The position numbers and the translations under genes are program-made. From Catajapyx aquilonaris (taxonomy: Eukaryota), in assembly GCA_000934665.2 (NCBI GenBank), contig KZ538215.1:62001-126000 (forward strand): DNA of 64,000 nt, read 5' to 3'. Each line of letters starts with the position of its first letter. The stretch's first letter is position 1. The notes below the pieces were generated by a model that was given only the letters and a program-made list of their open reading frames with translations, did not search any database and was not told the DNA's origin. Of this stretch, positions 26,349 to 40,300 are shown in pieces.

Positions 26349-28310
26349 TTCGACTGGAAGATTTGAATTAGTAGGCTGATATTAGTGAAGAACGAAAAAA
26401 AAAATCAATGTCAATCAGTGCGTCACAGTCGTTACAGCTTGGATCCTGGAATTATCTTGAAGATTCTGACATTATTAAAAGACAAATGTATTATTATTTC
26501 AAGCAGGTCCTACTTACATTTATTTAATTTTTTTATTTCCATTAGCAGGAAACACTTTGAAGTTTGATACATGAAGTTAAAAATTCAAACCTTCCACAAA
26601 GAAATAATGACAACCAACGACCTGTGAATTTTGTCAAGTACTGTGTGACATATTTGCATAGCCTGGACATTAGCTGTCACAGGCACATAGTAATAACAAT
26701 GGAGTGACCAAAACTAGCTCAGAAACAACCCAAACTATGTTACTATACTACATACTGGAACGGGCACAACAATATCCAACAATGGAACTAAAAATGTACC
26801 GTAACACTAGTGACACCATGCCCTTACTTAGCGGCAGTTGCAATATATCGGTTTACATGTTACTACATACTTTACAGGGATGAGCTGGAGAGTGCCACTC
26901 TGCATCAGCAAACCATAAGTAATTGTCATACAGGCATCACATCGGAGAGAAAGTAGTTGCAACCTACGGCAGTGAAATATGATAATATTTTTGATACTTC
27001 TAGCTTACTATAAAGACAGTGTGAATGCGTTGTGGTGAGGTCAAGGTTGTGCAGTACTGGTGTGTCCTAAATGTATCTCTAAGCAACAGCCAATAATAGC
27101 AGTACTGAAGACAATTGTGAAATTGTTGAGAGAAGTTCCCTGTCAATGGGACATAAAATCAAAGTGCCCAGGCAGGTCAATTTGATTGACAATTTCTCAG
27201 GAGGGCATCCATTTCCTGTGATGACCATAGGGCTTCTCCCTGGAAGCGCTCGTAATATGCCATGCATCCCTTATGCACTGCAAGACAAGTCCCAAATGAA
27301 ACGACAAGTAAGGGTGTCAACATGGCTGCATTATGCAGGCAGAGTTTATTATTAATGTTGTACAACTCTAATTTTCACTAAATAAATTCGAATGTACATT
27401 ATTGCTAAAGTGTAATAAATACAGTGAAGGAACAATACTTGAAACATGTAACTAATATCACAGATGAAAGTGATTATAAACTCTACTAGAATTCACACCA
27501 TTTAATGGCATTACTACATACTCTATATCTTCAAAACACACTGGAAAAATAGGTTTGGATCAATCGAATGCTTCTTTTTGCAAGTTTCAGGAACAATACT
27601 CATATTAAAATATTCCATTTTCCTTTCAGACATTGGCATTCACAAAACATCCAACCTCCATTCACGCTCAACTATCAGAAATAATTAAATTGTACGTGAT
27701 AAATGTGCAAAGCACCTCAAACAAAAACATACAACAATCAACATGTAAGCAAAGACGCCCCTGCCATATACCTACACATTCAACACCACACCATGTTATA
27801 TGCCGCTAACAGTAATGTGGCCACGTTTGAAGCATGTGTGCCTTATCATAGTGTGATAATGACAATAACATTGATGCCTTACTGCACATTCTCGTAAGTT
27901 ATAACATCTCTCTTCTTGCATCCAAACCATAATTCTTCCCTTATAAATAATTCCACCCTGAGCTCACTCTTGACAAAAACTTATGGCACCAATACGAGCG
28001 ACTCGAAGGACACGCTTACAAAAATAAGTACCAGAACATCGACTTTCTTGCCATGGATAAAAGTTTCATCAGTCTAAAATGCCTAATGTGCAAGCTGAGA
28101 GCCAAATCAACCACTACATGAAATCAACCAGTTGTCAGTCTCAGTCATCGGGACGTGTCCAGATTATTATTTACAAATACTCATATTAATACGGACTTAG
28201 AACAGCCACGTCACATCTTACTAATACTGAGACATGCTTGCCAGTCAGGTGATGAAACAAGAAATATATGTGTACTGTGGAACAGAACTGCTTAGCTCGA
28301 CAGGCAGGGT

Positions 28311-31300
28311 TCAGAATTTTGTGGAATTTTCTGGAACTATGACTTTTTCTTGAAGGCAGTAGGCCACTGCATTATGCAGATCAGGGAAGACCTGTGACTC
28401 AGGAAACGACGATGAAAATAGGTTGCACTTTTCAAACATTTTGCAGACAGGAACTGGAATTAATAAAAAGGTCACATTATCAACTTTCAGCCAATGGCAA
28501 GTATAACTTTCATGGCGATCCACTGACCTGAGCATCCAGAAATGACTGTTTGTATGTTGACTGAGTTAAAATCCTCTGCTACGGATTTTATGGTTTTCAC
28601 CCCAGAAGGGTCTATGAAACTAAGAGCTGAAAAGTCCAGGACGAGAAACTGGACCTGAAAACATGGTGTAAATAGATTAATGTCAAATAAAATTTCACGC
28701 TAGAGATCCACTTGTAAAGCAACCATACCGCCACACCAAGTGACCCCTCCTCCATGCACTGTATGGGGTGCATTATATTGCCGTTGACTTCAGTGATTGC
28801 AGGGTGGTCACCTGCACCGTCACCTTTTTGCTCACATTCATCCTCTGTGTAAGGACCCACATAGCCGTAAGTCTCCTAAATTAAAAAATCAGAGTTACAT
28901 TATGATTGTCACTCTTGACTACATCGTTAGTTACATACATTACAAACACTTCCTTCTGCTGCCTTCTTTGCCTTCTCTTCTTGCTTCTTCTTCTTCAACA
29001 TTAAGGCAAGCATCTTTTTAGGGCTGAGACCTGTGATGTTGGCAACTGACGACTTAAAGTTTTCAGAGTTGGCAAAGTGCAAGCCTCCCGAGTAATGGAT
29101 GATTTTAATTCCTGGAAGTTCCTGAGCCTGCAAGTTATTGATATATTTAATGGTGTCATTAATATATTGCACTCCACTGCATGTTAATAATGCATAGAAA
29201 AACACTTACTGTTTTGTATTTTGACAAGTCCAGGTAGACATCAGTATTTGGAACAACACCCATTCCACATGTGTAGGGGAACTGATTAATGTATATGATG
29301 GAAAGAAGTGATGCCACAACACCAATTCCAAGGCCATAATCAATGTCGAGGATTACAACTGAACCAAATGTTACAATCCAAATGACAGCATCCAACACCG
29401 ACTTTTTCCACGCTGTTTTGAGGTCCGCAACTTGCATGAACATGCCTTTGAGAGCCACTACTATAATGGCACCCAGGACAGCCTAAAAATGTAAGATTTT
29501 TTTTTTTTTTTTTAAATATAAATAGACCGTGACGAGGCTGTAAGACTTCCCAAATGATGAATGATAATTACATCAGGAAGAGTTTCAAAGAAAGGTCCTA
29601 TCCAGAGCAGCACCACAAGAAGAACTGAGCAGGAGAAGATACTGGTGAGCTGAGTCTTTCCTCCGACAGTCTGTTGTATTAAGCTTCTTGATAATGATGC
29701 AGCAATTGGGACACACCCAAAAAATGATCCAAATATATTTGATGCACCCTGAAAAAGCAAGTGCAGCAATTTATAACTTCCAGTTTTCAGCAGAAGGCTC
29801 CAGTTGCACAACATAAAATGTACAAAAATATGCCCTGAGAATGTCAAAGCACCAAATGTTCCTTATTTATAAAAATGAAACAACTTGTGACAATTATGTT
29901 GATCTCGTCACTTCCCACATTGAACATCAATTGCCACAAACATCACATCACATGAAGAAATTACCTGTGCAAGTAGTTCTTGATTAGGATCCACTTCATA
30001 TTTTAATTTCTGAGCAAATATCTTGGCCATGGAAATGGAAATGGCATATGCGACAATTGCAATCACCAGGCTGCTTCCGATGATTTGAACGGTTAGGTCA
30101 AACGCAGGTACATTAGGTTCGGGCAATCTAAAGGACAAATTCGAGTTGATCAGATCAGAAAATACCCTTGCAATGTTTTGTGTACAATGAACACCAGATG
30201 AAAGGTATTAAATTTAGCAAAATGGGTGCATGATACTGTTCATCCTACAGTCATAACATTAAGACAAAAACAACATTGCCATAATTATATGCCTGCATAA
30301 CACTTTGTTGTTTACAATAAAACCTGTACCTTGGACATAGCAAAAAAATGTCCACTGCAGAAATTTTCAAGAGTATACTGTTCTGGAAATGGAAGACAAC
30401 TTCTTAGGAAGGTCACTACTTATGCTCTGAAAGCTTACCCAGTAGGAATCTCTCCCACAACCACAACATTGTATGTGCTTTCAAGAGCACCATATCTTGA
30501 AGCAACAGTTCCGATGACCACCACTACCAGTTCAATTGGTATAGGAAACTTCATAAACTTACTCACATGTGGCTGTAAAAAGAGAACTTATCAGTAACGT
30601 AGCAAAAACAAACTCCCTGACATTCTGCTCGAGATGTGTACCTTGATCACTTCATTGTTGATGACTAGAACCACAATTGTAATCACAGAAGTAATTACTG
30701 CTGCAATGTTGGTGTACTGTATTCTTTTAAAAAACTCAATGTACGTCTGAAAAGCAATTTAAATATATTACTCCACAATTTACTTTTAAAACTTACTGCT
30801 TATGTGCCAAAATTGGCTATGCTCACATAAATAAGTTTCAAGGGACCGTTGAACCTCTCAATCTTGATTCCAAACATGTTTTTCACTTGTGAAGTCAACA
30901 CATGAACTGCAGCTCCTGTTGTGAATCCACTGACGAGGACCTCTGACAGAACCACACTTAAGGAACCAAGTCTCAACAAACCCATAACCACCTGAAATTA
31001 TTTCACTCTTGGTTACATCTTCATCGCAATAATTTCCCATAATAATATAATGAATAACAATTACCTGCCAAAGTCCACAAACCATGCTCACTGCTCCTGC
31101 AACTTGCACAGCTGTGTAGTAACCTGTATCAGTACTGTTTTGAAGTAATGGGTTGTCTGTTTGAAGCATGTCACTTGTATCTGGTCTGCTATACTGTGTC
31201 ACTAGTTTCCCAGTCATGAGGCAAATGACAGCAAAAGTACCTGTTGTAGAAGGCAATATTTTAAGGCACAACTGAACAAGTAAATGTGACAGGCTGCCTT

Positions 31301-34300
31301 CTTCGACAACTGGTGGAACTGACCCTTGTCCACGTTGCGATAGTTACTTACCCATTGAAACATGTCTTGAGGTTCCCATTAAGAAGTATACCAGCACTGG
31401 GAAGAAAGCCATGTAAATTCCAACTATCGGAGGCACACTTGCTAGGAGGGCATATGCCATTCCTGTTGGTGAAATGTGATTTAGCCTTCAAATTCATCAA
31501 TGTTTCATCATTATAATACCTACCTTGAGGAATGTGCATGACTGCCACAGTAAATCCCGCAATCAAGTCGCTAACCACATCTTCTCTCCACCTGTACTTC
31601 GGAAGCCACTTGACTACTGGCAGGATCGAATACACGGCATCGCAAGGTCGGTTTGGGCACGAGTCACGTAGTTTGTTTTTCAGCGAGTCTTTCAGTCCTG
31701 GAACATTGCACATGATAAATAATCAGGCAAATCTATCATACATCAATATTTTCCCATCACACTTACCTAACTGCTCAGGTTCAGTGTAAGAAAAGGCCTT
31801 GTTAAAAGACACTTGTGAGTACAGCTTGTCAACCTTGATGACGGTGCTTCCTGGAGATCCAGGACATCCGGAGTTCGCTTCTTTGACTGGGCTGCCATTG
31901 TTAAGATGGGGTTGAGTTTCTTGCGAATCCATGAGCCGAATCCCCTCACTGGCGTCACCTTCGGGATGAGATCTGCAAGATGTAATCATCATCAGACACT
32001 CATTATTTGCTCTGTAAGCAATAACAGTGTACCACACTAATTCCTTGTTTTTCAGTAGCTACACGGTGCACTTATGCAAGTAACCAGGTACATTAATAAC
32101 TGCCAAACTCCTTCAGACACACTACTACAAATCCATAGATGCACCACGTGATGTCCAAAAATCCTCCGCATGTACATTATTCAATAGGTTATTTTTACCA
32201 CGAAAAACACACTAGTTACATCACAACATTGAACCATGGTACATAGTTCAATTCTTTCTGATTTTCACCAACCCTGTTTTTCCACACATGCAACTGCACA
32301 AAAATAGATCAAAACAAACCTACCACAGTCCCTCTGCACCATTAACCTCCCAGATATCTCACATGAAACTGTTTGGTACCAGTCCTCAATTTTTACGTTG
32401 GGAGTTCACAAGCATGGGACAAATGCCATGAACTGTCGCCAATTTGGTGCCAAACAAGTTAGGTCCAAAAGGACGCTCAAATCAACAACGATAATTATAG
32501 AGCGAAAAACACAGGCATAAACTGACAACTGCTTCAAACGGAGTCTGACATCCAACTGTTTTTCAACCTTGATCCTGACCGTCAAAACCATGGCCAAAAC
32601 CTTTACATCACACTCAAATTGGGCGCTCAGGGGGAGGGCATTATATATTAACATTAAAAATAGCTATTATGGCTAAAAGGGAAACACAATATGATTAAAT
32701 TATTTATGTTTGTTGCAAATAATGGAATTGTTTACAGCTAAAAACACTCACAATGAGATCCCCTGGAGAGAACTCAACAGCTGAGCTCGGTCACATGTGA
32801 CCTCCAGCAGCACACACCCCCCAGGGTCTAAAAACACGCGCTCGTCACTTGATAATGCACAGTGACGAATCCAACACGTTCTAAGTCCCAAAAAAAAAAA
32901 AAATGCAGCAAAGGACGAATGCCAGAGAAACATATGACCCCATGTTAACTAGGGCAGTGTGTAATGACGCCATTGATGATGCAGAGGTCATGAAAAGAGT
33001 TGACGAAATTTTGCCGAATGTGGAAAGGTCAGTATAGTCGCCGTGACCTTGGTCAGTATGCCAATTTCAGTGGCGTATTCAGGGGGGTGGGGCAGCCGCC
33101 CCGAAATGTTTGAAATAGCATCAGAAATTACTATTCATGATTTTTTTTTTGGAAAAAGTGCTACCAATTTCATCAAATACCCACGGTCCATTCAAATCTC
33201 CCACATTCACCTAATCTCGTGTGACCTTGAACCCGAAAAAAAGTTTCGCCTAGACCCCTGCCAATTTCATCATCGAATTGAAATATTCTGCCAAACATAT
33301 GTACTGACTCAACATCTACGTCAACTTGTGCAGGAAATTCTTTCAACTATTCATTGAAAGATATCCAGTTTCTACAGGTTAATGTCGTAATATTTCCTCG
33401 AAAAAACTCCGTATTCAAATGAACGTCTGCAACACGTTCAAACACAATCCACGCAACTGTACACCACGTGATTCACCGTCTGCCACAAATTGCGCATTAC
33501 GATATCCTACTAAATCATACATCCAGTTTCCTCCTCTTTACAAATACCGTACCGTACTGTAATAACCACGATAGAAGTCCTATCAATTGAAAAATAACCG
33601 CCAGATGCGCCTTTTTCTGCACCACTTGTAGTACATCCCTACACAAGTTTTTCCTTGAGGTATAATTACGCGTACATAATTATCACGTAATTAATATGCA
33701 ACAAATGCGAATTTGCACCCAGCAGAAATCACCCTTTAACATGTGCAACGAGCCAGATTCTGCCACAAGGCCATAAAAAAACTATTTAATTATGTAAGTC
33801 TGCTTGTAATTTTTCCAGCAATGAATACTCATTACTAGACACAACGCACGCTTGCAGGTTGCATGACACATATTCCCATAAAACCCGTATTCAATTTGAT
33901 GTAACGTTGTATATAAATCCGCCCAATTCTTACATTTCGCATCCCATATTCCCATTCAGAAAATTACACACTGTACTGTACTGTACGTAATTCATGATTT
34001 CCCACCAAGTTGTTGCGTCTCAAAATATATTGCTCAATTCAGCCACACTGAATACTCACCACCAAAGGGTTACATGCACTGGTCATAAAATAGCTGGCCG
34101 GACACTGACCCATGCATTAATTCACACTTTTGCACGCAAATATTTTCCCAATGTGGGTCACACAAATAATTATGTAGGGTGTCAGTGGGACACTGACAAT
34201 GAGATACTCGAGCATATGTTTGCATGCGTGTTATTATATGTATGCGCCTGTGGTTGTTTATCACTCAGCACTTCCGATGTTCCGAGTACAACAACAGCCT

Positions 34301-37300
34301 ATCTCGTAAAGCTACAGCCATTTAATAACGATATTGGTCTCCAGCACGTGCAGTATGGAAATTTATAAATATACCGATTGCGACATGTCTTAATAAAAGC
34401 TTGCGACAATGCAATGTAATGTTATCACCTCGTTGGATGTCTCAACGGGGTATGGTACTTTTATAGGTTTATTCCTGGCCCGCAAAGATATTGTCAACGA
34501 CCCTGCTATTAATGACATTCTTGCTAGGTAGATATGAAAACAAAGAGCTCATTTGTGTACCCTCAATGCTCAATCCATGAAAACATTTCGAAATATGCAA
34601 CGAACAGACAACTCAAAATATACAATATCCTAGAAATATAACTAGAAATATAACGAACACTACATTTAATAATTACATAACACTGTACATATATGCGACC
34701 TACCGCAAGTAATAACCAAGCTCTTCTTAGCTGCACGGTCAGCTCTCAAAATACGATATATGGTGGCTGTCACTTGCTTATATACCTCCTTATTGCTGCC
34801 GGCAGCTAGGTGAGAGATACGCACAAATCCCCCAGGGAAGGCTATGCTAATCCAAAGCCTCATTCAATGATTACGTTCCCGGCTCCAGATCTCCTCTGGC
34901 CAATCCCTGAGTTCAAAAGGTACGGTGTGACTAAATCTAATTATGCGTAGAACCCTACCCACCAAAATAAAAATATGTATGCAATATACACATCGCAATT
35001 CCCAAGGATTTTAACGGACTAGTGTTTCCGGCATGCAAATGTTACGTCTAGACCGTCTGCTGTACGGATAGTGTATGATTTGGCCTACATGCTAGTAATT
35101 CAGTTAGTCTATATCGCATTAAGGTAATTATTAGGTAATAATGCAACGCCGTCCTCGAAGATTCTGAAACCTTCGTAAGGCTGGATATATAGTCGCTCAT
35201 TAGAATTTCTCTCGAGATGCTCATTCCTGCTGTTGAGTTGCCATCAAAAACAGACCCTGGATACAGCGAAACCAATTAGTGTATGTCCCATTTAATCAAA
35301 AATAGTTCCAATTTAGAATTTTTTCGAAGAGCCCCCATATATACCTGCTATTAAAAATTCATAAGGTACCACTTAGCCACCATTTGATTTCACTCTAGAC
35401 GTACCCATCGCCTCAGTATAATTTCGAAAATAGTACCTGCTACTTATATTAATATATTCACATTATTATAACTGTATATTTCCATGGGTTATAAAAATAC
35501 GCCAAGTACCGTACCATACTGTAATATTTTATTCCCTTATTCTTTTCAACGGCAGTGTTGTGAATTCTCGTACAGTAAACCACGCACTTCCTATGGCTTA
35601 GCATGATGCTTTAAAAATACGACGCAGTGCACACCATATCATTTAACCCATAGCATGTTCAGTCTAGATCGTAGATATGCCCTTTATATCTAATTACCCC
35701 AAAAAAACATATTCTGCAGGTCACGGAAATCATCTGCAACAGTTACGTCACACGGACCTTTGGAATTCGTACATGACATGCGCTAGTTTTTTTTAAAGGT
35801 GGATTAATGGGATCATGATGTAATGACATTAGAAGAACTGATAACAGGATGACGACCCCGTACATCTCCGGACAGCTTAACGTTGCACCCGACTAAATGC
35901 ATGGCGATAAATGCTCAAGTTCAAGTGTGGGAATATACGGTGTGTACACACACTTACTTCCAGTGCTGTCAGGTCAGCCCGATCAGCCATCGACCTTTGG
36001 GTCAATCGTCTTAAATACAGCTTCCAACTGGTATGAAGACTGCGGTACACCATTGCCTTTGGTACAGGTTGTGACGTGGTTCGCGATAAACAAAACCGCA
36101 AGGCATACCGGAAACTGATATTTGTCATACTGCATTACTGAAAACATGGACGTGACATCAAAATTATTTTAAAACTAGCAACTTCGGACCTAATGGAGCT
36201 TTTGTCACACCCAGTACATATCTCCTCATATCGTATTTTCGCACACAAAAAAAAGGGTCGGCATAATTTTGCAATTGGGTCGAAACCTTGCTCCCAACTA
36301 CGATGAAGATCGAACCGATGATTCATATGAAAAAAATACCAGGGTGATGGACACATTGGAGGAGGTCGACATGTTTACGAGAGGATCGATGCAGTGCTGT
36401 GTCTGCTTTTATCTTCGAATGTTGCGCAATTTCAACAAAGGCAACTTCAATGTGAAGAAGAATTAACAGGACTTGCAATAAGGATCTGATGACATGCCTG
36501 TATTTCTTCTACTAGGTTTGATTGCGCCTTTGTTGTTTGGATCACTTTCATATCTTATGCGTTTAATCCGATATAATAAATAACGTGTCATTTGTGGAGG
36601 TCAAAAGAGGTATAATTTTATTACATGTCAATTAAACGTTTTTAAAAAAACTTCTCAAATCTATATTGCGACTTGCAGGAGTAAATACAGATTTGCGTTG
36701 GAAAACCCCAGTAATAAAGGCATAAAAACCTTCTCGGAACCAATTTCATGGGAGATATGAGGTCACTACAGACATTGCAAGTTAGTATGTACCAAGAGTC
36801 TAATTAAAATTAAACTGCACCTTGATTAGATGCTCCAACAACTTTACTCAGATCATGTACATTGTGGAGTGTCGGAAAATGCTAAATCCTATACATACAA
36901 CAACAAAAGCAGCAGAAGGAACAACAATGTTTTGTGGCTGTCGAAGAAAACATACTTCATTCTATTTTTCCCATCTTACAACAAAACATTTATCTAGATG
37001 TTGCAATAAAAAGTTCGGTTGACGTCTCATCGAGTATCACTGTGGCCTATTTTGATAATCCCTCCAACTGGCGCATATTAAGATATTTTCCTTGCGCTTT
37101 TTTCCAATCTATAACATGGGTCTGCATCCTTAGATGGTCTGTGCTTCATAACTACAATACGCAGCTATCACCTATGCGAGTTAACAATATGACAAAACAG
37201 GATTGAAGGTCTTTCACGGCTGAAAACAGTCAAACAATAAAAATATTTTAACATTATGAAGTTTACTCGGTATACAGGCAGGATGTTCAGTGACATCCAC

Positions 37301-40300
37301 AATATAACCATTGTCAGAGCCCAGTTGAAGAATGTCTATAAATGACTTACCAATATCTAAGTGAAGACCCACATCATCAAATAAATCTAACATTTCCTCT
37401 CGTTTTGTCTTAGGCCTCCCAACAAAACAAACCCACCTTTTGAACACGAGGTGTAGACTCAAGACACATGAAGTCCACACATCAGCCACCTCAGGTACGG
37501 TCAATACGCTTATATGGGTTCGCAACTTTGATAAACACTACTATTTACAAAAGGAGCCGTTTCAAACCAATAAAGGCCCGCAAAATAGGCGGCAAAAGAC
37601 AAGAAAATGCCTTGAATATAATCCTGTGTACACTTTACAATCGTACATTGACGCAAATTTTTATTTGTTGCCATCCTTTCCGCTTCTTGATTATATCATT
37701 TCGTCAACTGTGCTTCCTGTGTAATTACACAGTGAGCTGTATTAAAGCAAGTTTTGATATTTCACCTTCATAGAAAGGTTAAAAGTCTATTTTGCATAGA
37801 GCCAGCTTTTATGTTGTTGACCTTACGTTGGGGTACATCTGAAAACCGACCGTAACCTAAATTCACTTCACTGTACAGGTGCTCTGTGTATAGATTGCGC
37901 ACTTTGTACATGTATAATATTGTAAAACCCTGACCTTCGTTACATCCATCTGTAAACTGTACATTTAAATAACCCCGTGTGAATCAACATCTCGACTATT
38001 TTTCGCAAAACAACAGATGTGTATAACAGACCGAGTTCAGTTTTTGTAAACAAGCATATGTGCGATACATATCACTCACACCTCCCCAAAGTGTTGCGAC
38101 ATCATTTGCCGCCTCTAAAAAGGGTTGAAATCAAGTAGTTAATCAACCATATGGCCCATACTGTGAGAAGTACTTGCCCAATATTACATCAGACGAACAG
38201 GTACTTATTTTTACACTACTCTGATGTTCACGATTAATTTGATTCATACTTAACAATAAGGTGTAGCATCTTGGCAGTAGTCACTAACTTAGTCCTATAT
38301 AACCTTGGTCAGGTCATGCCAAAACCTATTTATAGTCGGTGTATACTGCGTAAATGGCACAATAAACCGTCGATTATCGACTAGGACATACCCGATTTAG
38401 CTAACACCCCTCTCCAGATTAATTACTTGACACTTCTACTCTTATACAGTGTAATGACCTAGAATGACTGAAAACGAAGTAAAATTGACCGAAAAACACT
38501 TCAAACAGGGTATCAACGCTTGTACCAATAAATTGTTTCACCAGTACTTCACAAGTAATAAATGTGACCCACATTTACTGCCTTTTTAGATCTCATTAGT
38601 GATGAAATAGTTTCATTTACGTCATGTAGGATTGCGGCAATTTTTATAGCTAGATTATTAGTATATGTTTTTCTGTAACATATCAAGATTTTTTTTTTTC
38701 AGGATTCAATTAATTAGTTCCGGAATGTCAACATGCACGCAGATAACCACGCTATTGCAACATTGCACTTTAAAAAAAAGTGATTCTATAACTGTGGTGA
38801 CGTCTTCGTGACTATAAACTTCCTCAATGATGTGACTGCATAACACAATGAAAAATCACTGCCTAATAAATCGTTATGGAGAGATCAGCAAAATCAGTGT
38901 CTGACGTTCGAAATAAATCTATGCTCTCTTCGTACTACAATTACAAGACAGCCACTTTTGAGAAACTGACATGGCTTAATTTCTTACGCAACATTCAGGT
39001 CGTAATGACGCATTCAGTAATTTACGACAACTGCCTAATTGTTACGACGAATGTCTGGGTTTTATACTTATGGTACTTTCAAGTCCAAGTGACTTGGTCT
39101 GTTCAATACGATGCTTTTGGTATGTAATTCTCATCACTATGCAGAATTGCATTAGTCATTACCAATTACGCTTTTTTGGCATTTAGGGCTTGAATTCAGT
39201 GGCACGTGTAATCGTGATAACCAATGACCATCACTTGTCAGGTATATCTGACACCTACATATATTCCATCAGGATTATGATAACATCACTATCACTGACA
39301 ATCTACTCTATTCAGTGTGATCACCACTAATCATGTGCATTCCGAACCCTTTAGATATAGACTGGAATTATAATCCATAATCCACTGTGCAAGTATAATC
39401 TTTAGTACATTGAAATATCTCCACAGAGCAGTGCCATTCAACGGATTCAAATATGTTCAATCAATCAACCTCCTGAGTAAATAATCCCTTCTAGGATGGA
39501 TTTTGATGTGTACCGGTATACCACAATAATTTGCGGCATTGGAAATTGTTCCTGATAATATTACAAGGAAAAGTGAAACTCAGTTTTTAAGTGTCTGTTC
39601 TGGGTTAGAAAATTTGGGCATTAAAGAGTCTGCCAAAATTATAATTATAATTTTCATGACAATGATATAAGATGGTCAATTTTTTGAGCTGCACATCTTT
39701 CACCGAAAGTAATATTAAATAGAATAAATGATGGTTGAACAACGTTGCAACACATCAAATGGGCTAAATTACAATGGGAAACCATGCCTACGCGCGTTTT
39801 CATCCTATTAAGATTACCCATCGTGAACAGTATGCCGCTCTACCCATCATCTGCAATTATCATAAAAACGAAACCTTCTGTGGCCATTGCAATTTTTTCG
39901 CAGATTTCACCTACTCGGAGAACTTTCACATTTTCATCTAATATTGTCAGGAACAACTCTCAATTACCTTGGTACATCTCAAAATCAACACCGTTTTCGT
40001 CTGACATTTAACACCCCCCACAATGTGTTTGTGCCCAGTTTACCAACTGCTGATCGAGTACAATGACCTTTACCCACATAATAAGATACGCCTGAAAGTA
40101 TGTGTATACAGTACACTCCTGCGATGCCTGTGAATCAAAAACATTCCTCCACCGCCCCCTTATCTCCCATAAACATGCCTTCAATTAACCTATACTCCCA
40201 ATAACCCTTACCCATACAAAGCCGCCTGTTCAATGCAATCCTCCGCAACCTGATGCAAAAGCAAGGCTCTTCGGTCTTCATCTCCCCGTTTGGCCGCCAT

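Noticed and set aside
37207..37525. Protein-like minus-strand ORF or Penelope-like relic
   Set aside because: No recognisable domain, splice context or hammerhead core.
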